DNA of 64,000 bases from positions 186,001-250,000 of the forward strand of contig OZ251254.1 of NCBI GenBank assembly GCA_965240325.2. The letters run 5' to 3'. A program made the translations under genes and the position numbers. Of the stretch, positions 1 through 10,560 are shown in pieces (within the stretch, counting starts at the first letter, position 1; every line of letters starts with the position of its first letter). The notes below the pieces were generated by a model. That model was not told where the DNA came from. It did not search any database and worked only from the letters and a program-made list of their open reading frames with translations. The stretch comes from Rebecca billardiae RCC1528 (lineage: Eukaryota; Protista; Haptophyta).

Positions 1-2104
1 TCGAGATCGACGGCGGCCGAGTTGACGATGTCCTCGCGCTGCCGCACCGCGTCGTCGCGCTCGCGCTCGAGCTCGCCGTTGAAGTGCTCGAGCTCGGTCA
101 CACGTGTGCGCAGCGAGGTGAGCTCGAGCTCGGAAGGGACGCTGCGCGTGCTGTGCGAGCGCCGCAACTGCTGCTCGAGCTCGGCCACGTGCTGCAGCTC
201 GGCCATGCGCCTTCGACCCCGTGCTGTCTGCTCGTCCGCCTCTGCCTCGGGCGTCGGCGCCACGCTGCCAGCCGAGCGCGTGAGAGGCCGCTGGCGGGTG
301 GGCGCGGCCGAGAGCAGCACGGCAGGCGGCGGCGACATGAAGGCGGGCGAGGCGACGGCAGGTGACCTCGGCGGCAGCAGCTCTTCCGCCGACCCACCGA
401 CGAACGACTGCGCCGCCGCGCCAGCGAGGAGGAGTGGCGGCGCGGGCTGGCGGGAGGCGCTGCGCGTGACCGCGGGCGACGGCGCAGCGGCAGCAGGAAA
501 GCTCAAGGCGGAGGAGGCGTTGGTAGTGGCGGGCGAGAAGACGAGGTGGTCGGCGTGAGCGGGAAGAGACGAGAAGCGGGCAGCGACGACGGCGGGAGAC
601 AAATCGGCGGCGGCGGCGGCGGCTGATGCCGCCGCCTCGCCGCCATCAGCTCGAAGGAGAGCGAGCGCGCGCGCGGTCGGTGGACGGGCGGCATCATGCG
701 GCGAGGACAGCGGCTGCGGCTGCGGCCGCGGCCGCGGCCGCGGCCGCGGCTGCGGCGGCTGCACGAGCGGCGGAGGCAGGTGCGGAGGCGCCGACGGCAG
801 CTGCGGCGGTGGCGGAAGCGACGGCAGCGGCGGCGGCCCCAACGGAGGCAGCGGCTGGGTGTCCGCGACCGCGTAGGGCATCACGGCGGCGGACGATGGA
901 TCGGATGGCGCGTCGGCGCAGAGGCCGGGCGTGAGACCGAGGACTGGAACATGCGAGAGAGGCTGAGAATGAGAATGCAGATGGGCATGCGTGGGATCGA
1001 GGGCAGAGAGATCGAGGGGGGGATGCGGCGCGACCGCGCCGTCACCAGCTGGCGCGCGACGCCATCGGGCGCTGCTCGCTGCTCGGCGAGTGGCGGTCAG
1101 CTGCTCGCGCTGCGCGCGGCGCGCTCTCCAGTCCGCGCGCTTGCGCCGTGAGACGTCGGACTCGGGCGGCGCCGCCGGTGCCGCCGCGGCGGGCGCCGCG
1201 GCAGGCGCTGCCGGCGGCGCGCCCGTGAGCTCCGACGGGCCCTTCGTCACAGACGGCGTGCGCCGCCAGCCCCGCCTCCGCCGCGGCGCATCGAGACGCC
1301 CTGCGCGCACACCTTGAGCAGCTCGCCGCTCACGTCAGCGCGCCCCTTCTCCTTCTTGAAGCGCCATGGCTGCATCAGCGCGTAGCGCTCGGCGTCGACG
1401 CTCACGCCGCCCTGCGCGTCCTGTGGCGCGTGCAGGCCGCCCTGCGCGTTGAGCGAGATCACGCCCACGCGCACGTGCGCGAACTGCTGGTACGCGCCGT
1501 CCGGATCGAGCCGATGCATCTCGGTGTGCTCGATCGAGAGCGAGTGCACCGTGTTGATCGCCGAGAGGTGCCGGTCCGTGCGCGCGCCGCCGAGCGCGTT
1601 CGCCCGCAGCGGCTTCGGGACGCGGCGCATGCCCAGGTTGAGCCACGTCGAGATGCGCTCGGGCTGGTACGAGCTCACGGTGCGCCGCGTGCGGTCCTTC
1701 TCTCGCGTCTCGTGCACGACGCCCTGGTCGTCGAGCGAGGTGAACATCGGCGAGTAGAGGGCGTCACGCGGGAACAGCGCCAGCTTGGCCTTGCGCAGCA
1801 GGTTGCCCTTCTTCCGGCTGCCCTTGATGGCGACGAAGTTGTTGACCTTGCGCTTGACCTCCGCCAGGTAGTTCTCGTTCGGCATGATCGAGTGGTCCAC
1901 CTCGCTCGCCGCCTCGCGCGCGCGCAGCATGAGCGTCTCGTGCTCAGCCGCCTTCTCCGCGGCCGCCGCGGCCATGCGCCGCCGCACAGATGCGGCAGAG
2001 ACCTTGCGCCCGATGCCGTAGCCGCCCTTCCGCTGCACCTTGACATTCTTCGGCTTCGCGCAGGAACGCTTGCCCTTGCCCACGGTAAGCACAGCCGTCG
2101 TCAT
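1..2104 (-). CDS. Hypothetical protein, probably spliced, running off the left edge; basic N-terminal exon followed by a Pro/Ala-rich and coiled-coil region
   Basis: ATG at 2104 opens the 285-aa ORF, which has coding-like codon usage. A donor AAG|GTGTGC lies at 1313/1312. A second stop-free frame runs from ~1241 to base 1 (..ELELTSLRTRVTELEHFNGELERERDDAVRQREDIVN). Frame-compatible acceptors would start the next exon at 1241, 1109 or 1100; the exact junction is uncertain. Confidence 0.55.
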
Positions 2105-2773
2105 TGCTGCGCGCGGCGAGCGCGGTCCCGCGCGGCCGTGCCAGGCGCAGCCGCAGCAAGTTAGTCTGATGCAAATTCCCGGTCACCCATGCAAAAGTAA
2201 GCGTTCCCGCTGAGCATGTGCGTGGATCACGAGTAACCCGCCGCCTGAATACAAACTCCGCGCCCCTCCATACACTTCCTGCATCCCCGCGCGCGGCGGC
2301 GTGCAGGCGGGCGCAGATTCGCACCGTGTTACGAACAGACCTAGCAAAGTAGATCGGCGTGGCGGGTCGGGACGCGGAGCGGGTGCGGGGCAGGTGGGGG
2401 ATAGGTTGGGGAACACCCGCGATTAGAGCACCGGTGGCGCAGCGGCGACGTGGACGCCGCCACACGCGCACGCACGGCGCACGCGCGCACCGGGACTTTC
2501 AACTTCGCGTCGGAGCTCTGGACGACCGTCGGTTGGTCCGAGCGGCGCGAGGAGGCTCTCGGGATTGTGGCCGGACGCCCGGGTTGAGCCGTTAACGGCC
2601 GAAAATCAATTTGTTGGAGTTTCCTTAACGGCCGCTTTAAAAAAGAAATCGTTGCTGTGACGTACTACTCGCCTACGGCGCGCGAGTCCCCCGGCCGTCA
2701 GTCGCGTCTGGTAGTAGTCCGCCGATGACGACGATGACGATACTATTGATATATTGATATTACTCGGGCCTGG

Positions 2774-3901
2774 TCAGCGGACGGGCAGACTCTGCAGGAC
2801 GACGAGCGGCTGCGCGGGATACAGCCCATGCTCGGCGTGCTGCGAGTGCTGCTGCCCCGTGTACAGCCACGGGTGCGAGCGCACGCCGCCGACGACGTCG
2901 AGCACCTTGAAGTTGGCCGACGCGAGGGCTCGGCGCAGCGGGCCGTAGATCCGGTGCGCGTTCCACACGAGCGTGTCCTGGCGCGCGTCCATGGGCGCGC
3001 CAAAGTAGAAGATTCCGCCCGGCCTGAGCATGCAGTGCACCGTCTGCATAGACTCGAGGTCGGCGGCGGGGTTGAGGGGGTCGCCGTACCGCCCGAGCCC
3101 GTCGTGCTCGAGCGAGGAGTAGCTCGCGACGAAGTCGAGCTGCCCGAGGCTCCGCGTGCGCAGCGCGTGCACCATCCACTCGCGGGGCCCCACCGCGCCC
3201 AGCCTCGCGCACACCGAGGCAGGGGAGGCCGCGGAGCGCGAACGGGTGGCGGCCGGCTCGGGGCGCGGCACGCAGGTCGTCGGCGAGTACTCCACGGTCG
3301 TGAGCGACGTCACCTGCTGCCCGCCGAAGGCGAGGATGGCCGCCTCGAGCCACGGCGACTGAGAGCCGATCACCGCGCCCCTCCCCGCGGGCGGGTGGGC
3401 GCGCAACGCCTGGCACGGCTCGGGCACGTTGTAGGCGCTGGGGCAAGCTCCGTGCTGCATGGCCTTGACGAGCTTCAGAATGGCCTGCTCACGCCACGCG
3501 TGCGGCTTGCCGCCGTCAGCGTGCTCCTCCTCGCGCGCCCAGAACCAGTCGGCGACGAACGCTCGGCCTTGGATCGTGTAGTTGCGAACGAGCGCGTCGC
3601 TGAGGCGCTCGAACGGCACCGGCGGCCAGACGGACCGGTTGAGCGCCTTCTTGTACTCGAAGAGCGCGGCGCAGTCGCGCTCGAGCGTGAGCTCGTACGG
3701 CCAGCCATGCCTCGCGGCGACAGCGCTCGCCGGCCGAGCGGCGCTGAGCCGAAGCATCGGGCCCACAGACCGCGCAGACGCGAGGACGTCGCGCTGTGCG
3801 CTCGAGTCGAGCCGGTCGAGCCCGCGCGGCATCGGCTGCGCCATGAGCAGAAGCGGCGGCAGGACGCCGGCGGTGCAGAGCACGGCTCCCGCGAGTCCCA
3901 T
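2774..3901 (-). CDS. DUF268-family (SAM-dependent methyltransferase-like) protein with N-terminal signal/anchor
   Basis: Motifs GAVIGSQSPWLEA, SYSSLEHDGLGRYGDPLNP, MLRPGG and LVWNAHRIYGPLR are typical of DUF268. The hydrophobic N-terminus starts at ATG 3901. Confidence 0.8.
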   Translation of the reverse strand: MGLAGAVLCTAGVLPPLLLMAQPMPRGLDRLDSSAQRDVLASARSVGPMLRLSAARPASAVAARHGWPYELTLERDCAALFEYKKALNRSVWPPVPFERLSDALVRNYTIQGRAFVADWFWAREEEHADGGKPHAWREQAILKLVKAMQHGACPSAYNVPEPCQALRAHPPAGRGAVIGSQSPWLEAAILAFGGQQVTSLTTVEYSPTTCVPRPEPAATRSRSAASPASVCARLGAVGPREWMVHALRTRSLGQLDFVASYSSLEHDGLGRYGDPLNPAADLESMQTVHCMLRPGGIFYFGAPMDARQDTLVWNAHRIYGPLRRALASANFKVLDVVGGVRSHPWLYTGQQHSQHAEHGLYPAQPLVVLQSLPVR

Positions 3902-6900
3902 GGCGCGCGCTCGCGCGCCGGGGGCTCTGCCGTCCGCGTACACCGCGCGTTCGCGGCCGCGCGAGTCGTGAGATGCCCCGCCGACGAAGCCGGAAGCACG
4001 CGCCAACCAAATGTTATCACGAGGCGCGGGTCGCCAGTAGGGCTGGGACAATGGCTGGGAAGTGGGAATTCGTCGTACAGTTTACTAAGAATAAGAGACG
4101 CACACAGCTCAGGCAGGCGAGATTACAGTGACCATCACGTGTCGTCACGGCTGCCCAACAGGCGTGATCACGTGACATCACGTGACGAGTCCGGCCCACG
4201 GGGGGTCCGGGGGTTCCCCCCCCGGCCGGCCCCGCCGGCCCGAGCCCGACGAAATTTTTTGGGCCTATTAATTATTGGGAGTGAATAATGACGAAATCTA
4301 ACTACTATCAGTACTGACTACGCCAGTGAGTCGGAGTGACTCAAGAAGAGCGCTGATTAGACAGCTGCACTCCGACGACTAGTCGCGGTCAGCAGCCCCG
4401 TCTTTGTTTACCCGTGCATGAGGCTCGCCTGCCGAGCCATCAACTTGGCCAGCTCGCGCGCACTCACTGCTGCCGCGTGACCCGCCTTGGCTCGTCGAGG
4501 ACCCGGCGCCGAGTCGGCGCCGCCGCCCCGCGCAGGCGCGCACTCAGCACTGCCGGCCTCGCGGGCCCGGCCGGGGGCCTGTCCGGGTGCACACCATGAC
4601 TACCGGACCGTGCTGTCACGTGACGGACCCATAAATCTGTCCCATTGCCGACGTGACGCGTCACGTGATCACGTGTCACGTGATCACGCCGTGATATCAC
4701 GCTCACGTGATCACGAACTCCCAGCCCTGGACTCACTCGCCACGCGCGGCGGCGCGGCCGTCGCGAGGGGTCCCCGCGCTTGGCGGCGACGAGAAGCGTC
4801 CGGACTCTCCTTGATGTTGCACAAAGCCGCGGGGGCGGCACGTTAAATCCGGGCGTGCCCCCCCCGCGGAAAAAGCGCTTCCTCGGTTCCTCACTTCAGA
4901 CCTCCGCGTGCTTCCGGAGGAAGCACGCGGAAGCACAGGTCCACGCTGCAAGTGACAGCAAAGTCCACGCAAAGAACCCGCCCTCATAGTACCAAGGGTG
5001 GCGACCCGCGCCTCGTGATAACACGCGCATTTGGCGGGGCGCGGGCGGAGCGCGCCGCGCGCGGGCGCGTCGGCCCGTACGCTCGGAGCCCCGGGCGAGT
5101 CCACTCCGAGCGCGCCGCGCCGCGCCCGTCGCGCCGCGCTGCGGCGTGCGCCGTGCACGCGTTCAGTGCGGCTCGGGTGCCGCGCGCCGCCGCGGAGCGG
5201 AAAGAGAGCCGGGAGCGGGTGCGCTGGCGCGGGCGGGGTGTGGAGGCACGCTACGGGAGTCTACCTCTCGTGCCGCGCGCGCGCGCCCGCTCGGCGCCGT
5301 CGCTTGGCGCGGCCGTAGGCGTCCAAGCGTCGATGGTTGGCCTCGCTGTCGAGAACCAAGCTAAAGGGGGCCACCAGGGGGCCGATGCGGGTAACGCTTG
5401 ACGAGACCGAGCACGGTGCTCTGCGGCCGCGCACATCAGGCGGGGCGCGCACGGAGTCCGCCGCGCGTGGGGGCCTCAGCCAGTACGCTCAGGCCCCCGG
5501 GGGAAGCACATGCGACCTCGCCGCGCCGCGCCCGTCGCGCCGCGCCACGGCGTGAGCAGTGCGTCCCGGTTCGACCAGGGTCGCGGCCGCGCGCCGCTGC
5601 GCGCTACCACTCTGGGGCGGATGGTGCGCGCCGCGCGCGCGGGGGCGGCTTGTGGAGGCGGGCGGTGACGGCCCGGCTCGTCTGCCGCGCGCGCGCCGCC
5701 CTGCGTTGCGTCCTGAACTCTCCGTGCTCGCAGGGTGCGGATGCTGCACGAGAGCCAATGCTGTGACTGTCTGTGACGGGCTGGGCTGGGCTGCTAGGCG
5801 GCTGCGGGCCTCCCGTGTGGGTTGGATGGATGCCCGCTGCGACGCTGGCCGCAGGATTGCGTCCTTCCGCTTTGCCTTGCCCTTGGCAGCTGCGCCACCG
5901 TTGTGTGGCATGTGCTGCCAGCGCGGCAGAAGCTGTCCGCCTGCTCGTGCGAGGCTGGCTCCTCGGGCGGCTGGATGACCACAATCGCGGATGGCTTGGT
6001 GCGGACGAGGTGGTCTTGGTCCCCTGTCTCATCGCCAGCACGTTGCGGCTGCAGCAGCCGCAGGCGTGCCTGCTTGATGGGCTCCGGCCGGCAGCCCGGG
6101 CTCCATTACCTCGCACATCTGGGCGTTGGGGCAGTGAGCTGGTGTCAGGTGTGACGCCGGGCATCAAGTCTGAATCGGCAGGGAGGCGGAGGGAGCGCAC
6201 CACGTTAACGTGCGACTCGTGCGTCAGGTGCCTGGTGACGTCTCGCCGTATGGCCACTCGGTGGGCCAACCGGCCAGTGCACGGCGCGGTTGGCTCGCTC
6301 GCAGTGCGGCGCCTGGCCGGCACCAGGGCGAGTTCGTAATATTCGTCGTATAGTTTACCGCGTATCCTATCAGCAGACGTCAGAGCCGAATGATGCATGC
6401 GCGTCAGTCAGGTTAGCCAGCACGAGCACAGCCAAGGGGAAGCTATGATGCGCACGACCCAACACGGTCGTGCTGCACAGGTGGCGCCACACGAGGACGC
6501 CGGCTGGTCCGCTTGCATGGGCCACACACCCGACCTCGACTTTCTCCTAATCCTACAGTATGCCGGAACCAGAGATCTAGAAGTTGCCGGAACCTTGCGG
6601 ATGGCCACGGCACTCGCGCACGGCACTGCGGTGGACAGAGGGCTGCTGGCGAGGACATCGTTTGCGCAGCACGGCCGGACGGCCGCGGACCATTTCTTCT
6701 TTACTGTACGGTTATACTGTCGTACAATCCGCATGCAGATTCATCGACTCGATGACGTTTACTTCCGCGCGCTCTGCGCATGGGGGACCCATGCTCGCAG
6801 AGCGGCCGGGGCGGCCGGGGCGAATCTCAGGGGCTTGAGGCGGTCACGGACGCGCGCCCCGCGGCCATGTCTGAGGGTGCGGGCGGGCTCTTTGACCAGG

Positions 6901-7433
6901 TCGGTGAGCCTTCCGCCATCGGGGCGCGCTTCATTGCGCCGCCTCGCCTCGCGTACGGCGTTCCTGTCGTGCTCGCACTGACAAGGCTGCAGCAAGCAGA
7001 CTGCAGAGCGTAGAGGGCCATCATGATTGCGTTCGGTTCCAACTTGCTCGCTAGCCACTTCCAGCCAGGTGCGCGCGGCGTGAGAGTAGACGACTAGTTC
7101 CATGCGCCCGGGCTCGTCGTGACACAGGCATGCCGATCCCTCGCCAGCCGAGATGTCGGAGCGCGTGCGCACAGGCCAGTGACAGGCGGTGCGCACTGGT
7201 AGCCAAGTGGACGCGTGTGAGCCACCATGCAGACGGCCTGGACTGACGACCACCCGCCGCCTCTCTGCGGCACGCACCAACCAGAGCCAGCAAACGGACC
7301 GCAGTGGCCCAGCTGAGCGCGCCTCGCAGCCGAGCCGAGCGCGCACGAGTCGGCCACGCAGACTGATGCGCTAAAAGCGCCTCGGACTGACCCGCAGCCG
7401 GCGACTCGAACATAGGCCGCGCGCTTCTTATGA

Positions 7434-9571
7434 CTGCGTGTACCCAAGCAGGCCGGGGCGCACGCTGCCGGCCACTCTCGTCGGCGCGAGTCGCGCCTGT
7501 AGGCTGACGCGCCGCGGCTGCGACCGCCGTGACCCTCCTCCGGCTTCGGGCGCGCTGTCAGACTCGGAGTCTGGGCGCCGCGCGGCTCGCCACCCCCGCC
7601 CACCCCTGCGGCGGCATCGAGCCTACTTGGGCCGGCGGACGCGCGGCCCTCCGCGCCTACTCACGACATTCGCGGGTCGTGCGTGTACCCAAGCGGTCCG
7701 GGGCGCGCGCAGCCGGCGGCGCTCCCTGCCCACCGAGCAGGGGCTGAGCTGTGATGATCGACCGCCCGACTGGCGCTGACTGACGATCCGCCGCGTCAGC
7801 CGCGCCGCCTAACCCGAGCAGGCCAGCAGCCTTAGTCAGCCGGCCCTTCCTAAGCCGGCGCGGGCGCGGCCCTCCGAGCCGACTCTCGAAGCCGGTGTTG
7901 TGCGTGTACCCAAGCGGGCCGGGGCGCACCGCGCGATGCCGAGCCCGCCGGAGTAGCGACCGCCGGCCGGCCGCGGTCGGCGGTTCGGAATCGGACCTCG
8001 GAGTCGCGCGTCGGACTCGACTGTGACCGGCGGCTGTGGCCATGTCATCCGAGCAGGGCTGGGCTACAAGGGCGGGCGCGGGCGCCGCACTCCGAGCCGA
8101 CGTTATTCGTGTGTGTGCGTGTACCCAAGCGGGCCGGGGCGCACGCCGCGCCGCCGAGCCGGAGGGGCGATGGCGTGCGCCCGACTGCCCGGCCCCGGCC
8201 GCGCGCTGACGCTGACAGCTCGACTGGCCTCGGCGGCAGCCGTGTGACCATCAGCAGACTATCAGGCCCGGGCTACTTGTACGGGCGCGGGCGCGGCACC
8301 CCGAGCCGACTCTCGATCGGTGTTGTGCGTGTACCCAAGCGGGCCGGGGCGCACCGCGCGATGCCGAGCCCGCCGGAGTAGCGACCGCCGGCCGGCCGCG
8401 GTCGGCGGTTCGGAATCGGACCTCGGAGTCGCGCGTCGGACTCGACTGTGACCGGCGGCTGTGGCCATGTCATCCGAGCAGGGCTGGGCTACAAGGGCGG
8501 GCGCGGGCGCCGCACTCCGAGCCGACGTTATTCGTGTGTGTGCGTGTACCCAAGCGGGCCGGGGCGCACCGCGCGATGCCGAGCCCGCCGGAGTAGCGAC
8601 CGCCGGCCGGCCGCGGTCGGCGGTTCGGAATCGGAGTCGCGCGTGACTTGACTGTGACCGGCGGCTGTGGCCATGTCATCCGAGCAGGGCTGGGCTACAA
8701 GGGCGGGCGCGGGCGCCGCACTCCGAGCCGACGTTATTCGTGTGTGTGCGTGTACCCAAGCGGGCCGGGGCGCACCGCGCGATGCCGAGCCCGCCGGAGT
8801 AGCGACCGCCGGCCGGCCGCGGTCGGCGGTTCGGAATCGGAGTCGCGCGTGACTTGACGGTGACCGGCGGCTGTGGCCATGTCATCCGAGCAGGGCTGGG
8901 CTACAAGGGCGGGCGCGGGCGCGGCCCTCCGAGCCGACGTTTTCCGGTGTTGTGCGTGTACCCAAGCGGGCCGGGGCGCACCGCGCGATGCCGAGCCCGC
9001 CAGAGTAGCGACCGCCGGCCGGCCGCGGTCGGCGGTTCGGAATCGGAGTCGCGCGTGACTTGACTGTGACCGGCGGCTGTGGCCATGTCATCCGAGCAGG
9101 GCTGGGCTACAAGGGCGGGCGCGGGCGCGGCCCTCCGAGCCGACGTTTTCCCGGTGTTGTGCGTGTACCCAAGCGGGCCGGGGCGCACCGCGCGATGCCG
9201 AGCCCGCCAGAGTAGCGACCGCCGGCCGGCCGCGGTCGGCGGTTCGGAATCGGAGTCGCGCGTGACTTGACGGTGACCGGCGGCTGTGGCCATGTCATCC
9301 GAGCAGGGCTGGGCTACAAGGGCGGGCGCGGGCGCCGCACTCCGAGCCGACGTTATTCGTGTGTGTGCGTGTACCCAAGCGGGCCGGGGCGCACCGCGCG
9401 ATGCCGAGCCCGCCGGAGTAGCGACCGCCGGCCGGCCGCGGTCGGCGGTTCGGAATCGGAGTCGCGCGTGACTTGACGGTGACCGGCGGCTGTGGCCATG
9501 TCATCCGAGCAGGGCTGGGCTACAAGGGCGGGCGCGGGCGCGGCCCTCCGAGCCGACGTTTTCCCGGTGTT
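7434..9571 (+). repeat. Tandem array of ~10 units (206-245 bp), each starting with the 5' end of the adjacent tRNA-Ser
   Basis: GTGCGTGTACCCAAGC(GG) starts at ~7434 (partial), 7679, 7900, 8115, 8325, 8540, 8746, 8952, 9159 and 9365, then at 9572 as the true tRNA. Units from 8540 on are near-identical, with 206-207 bp spacing. Confidence 0.95.
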
Positions 9572-9653
9572 GTGCGTGTACCCAAGCGGTCACGGGGCTT
9601 GATTGCTAATCAAGTGTGCTCTGCACGCGTAGGTTCGAATCCTGCCACGCACG
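9572..9653 (+). tRNA. tRNA-Ser (anticodon GCT), 82 nt, long variable arm
   Basis: Acceptor stem GTGCGTG/CACGCAC with discriminator G. D-arm CCC..GGG. Anticodon arm CTTGA-TTGCTAA-TCAAG (GCT at 9605-9607). Variable arm GTGC-TCT-GCAC. T-arm GTAGG-TTCGAAT-CCTGC. Confidence 0.95.
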
Positions 9654-9679
9654 CTTTGCGCGCGCGGTGACTGCTGTGC

Positions 9680-9685
9680 TTTTTT
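9680..9685 (+). terminator. Pol III oligo(T) terminator of tRNA-Ser
   Basis: T6 run 27 nt after the tRNA, with a second T5 run at ~9705-9709. Confidence 0.6.
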
Positions 9686-9987
9686 GTGGCGCGCGCGTGC
9701 GTGCTTTTTGTGACGCGCGCGCGCGCCGCGCGCGCCGTCGTGCGCACGCCATCTTGCGGCGCCCGGGCGTGGCGCGCACGCCGCGCAGGCGCGAGACGCG
9801 TCGAGTGCACACGCCGGAGGAGCAGGCCGAGGAGCGCGGCGGAGGAGGCACGACGAACCTCGGACGTCGGAGGCCATGCAGCGGCACCGATCCGCGAGCA
9901 TCAGTCGAGCATCAGCAGCGCGTCGGCCCGAGCCCCACCGTGCGCCCCCGCGACCCACCGCCGTGGAGCGCGCGCATTGCGGCGGCG

Positions 9988-10560
9988 TCAGCCGAGCACG
10001 CCGCGCGCGAGCCGCAGCGCCTCGCGCAGCCGGCGCGCGGGCAGGTCGGCGACCACGTCGGCGTCGAGCCCCGCGGCGCGCAGCGCGTCGGCGGCGCGCG
10101 CGCACGCCTTCGCCGGCGCGCGCAGCACCGGCGCCACGCCGCGCGCCTCGACGGTCGCGACGGCGGCCGCCGCCTCGTCCGCGCCCACGCCGAGCGCGCG
10201 CGCGAGCGCGGCGCGCGCCGAGTCGGCCGTGTTGCGCGCGTCGTCGCGGAGCAGCACGACGGCGCGCTGCGCGGCCTCGGCGTGCGCGCCGCGCCGCTCC
10301 TCCACCTCCAGCCCGTACCGCCGCAGCTCCGCCGCCGCCGCGCGCGCGAGCGGCGCGGCGGCCTCGAGCACGACCGCCTCGCCGCGCGCGTCCGCCTCCG
10401 CCGCCGCGGCGGCCGCGTGGCGCGGCGCGAGGCCCGTCGCCGCGACGAGCGCGCCGAGGACGACGTCGATCGACGCTTCGCTGTTGTGCAGCACGACCGC
10501 CACCGGCTCCGCCGTCGCCGACGCCGCGCCGAGCGCGAGCGCGACGAGCACCACCGCCAT
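9988..10560 (-). CDS. Signal-peptide protein with two tandem ClpS-like domains
   Basis: Signal MAVVLVALALGAASA. Repeat 1: VVLHNSEASIDVVLGALVAATGL..AEADARGEAVV..LRRYGLEVEE. Repeat 2: VVLLRDDARNTADSARAALARALGV..ATVEARGVAPV..LRAAGLDADVV. Both follow the ClpS core pattern. Confidence 0.65.
   Translation of the reverse strand: MAVVLVALALGAASATAEPVAVVLHNSEASIDVVLGALVAATGLAPRHAAAAAAEADARGEAVVLEAAAPLARAAAAELRRYGLEVEERRGAHAEAAQRAVVLLRDDARNTADSARAALARALGVGADEAAAAVATVEARGVAPVLRAPAKACARAADALRAAGLDADVVADLPARRLREALRLARGVLG

Noticed and set aside
5400-7400. Possible RT or transposase relic (MGDPCS..VRVDD in one frame) that might drive the tRNA array
   Set aside because: Motif spacing (~100 aa) is atypical, stops intervene and there are no supporting motifs. 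It cannot be supported without a profile search.
7836-9504. Repeated 61-70 aa ORFs in the tandem array
   Set aside because: By-products of the GC-rich repeat. Unit lengths of 206/207 bp do not preserve frame.
7434-9571. CRISPR array
   Set aside because: The sequences between the 18-nt motifs are copies of each other (~190 bp), not unique spacers. No cas genes, and the context is eukaryotic.
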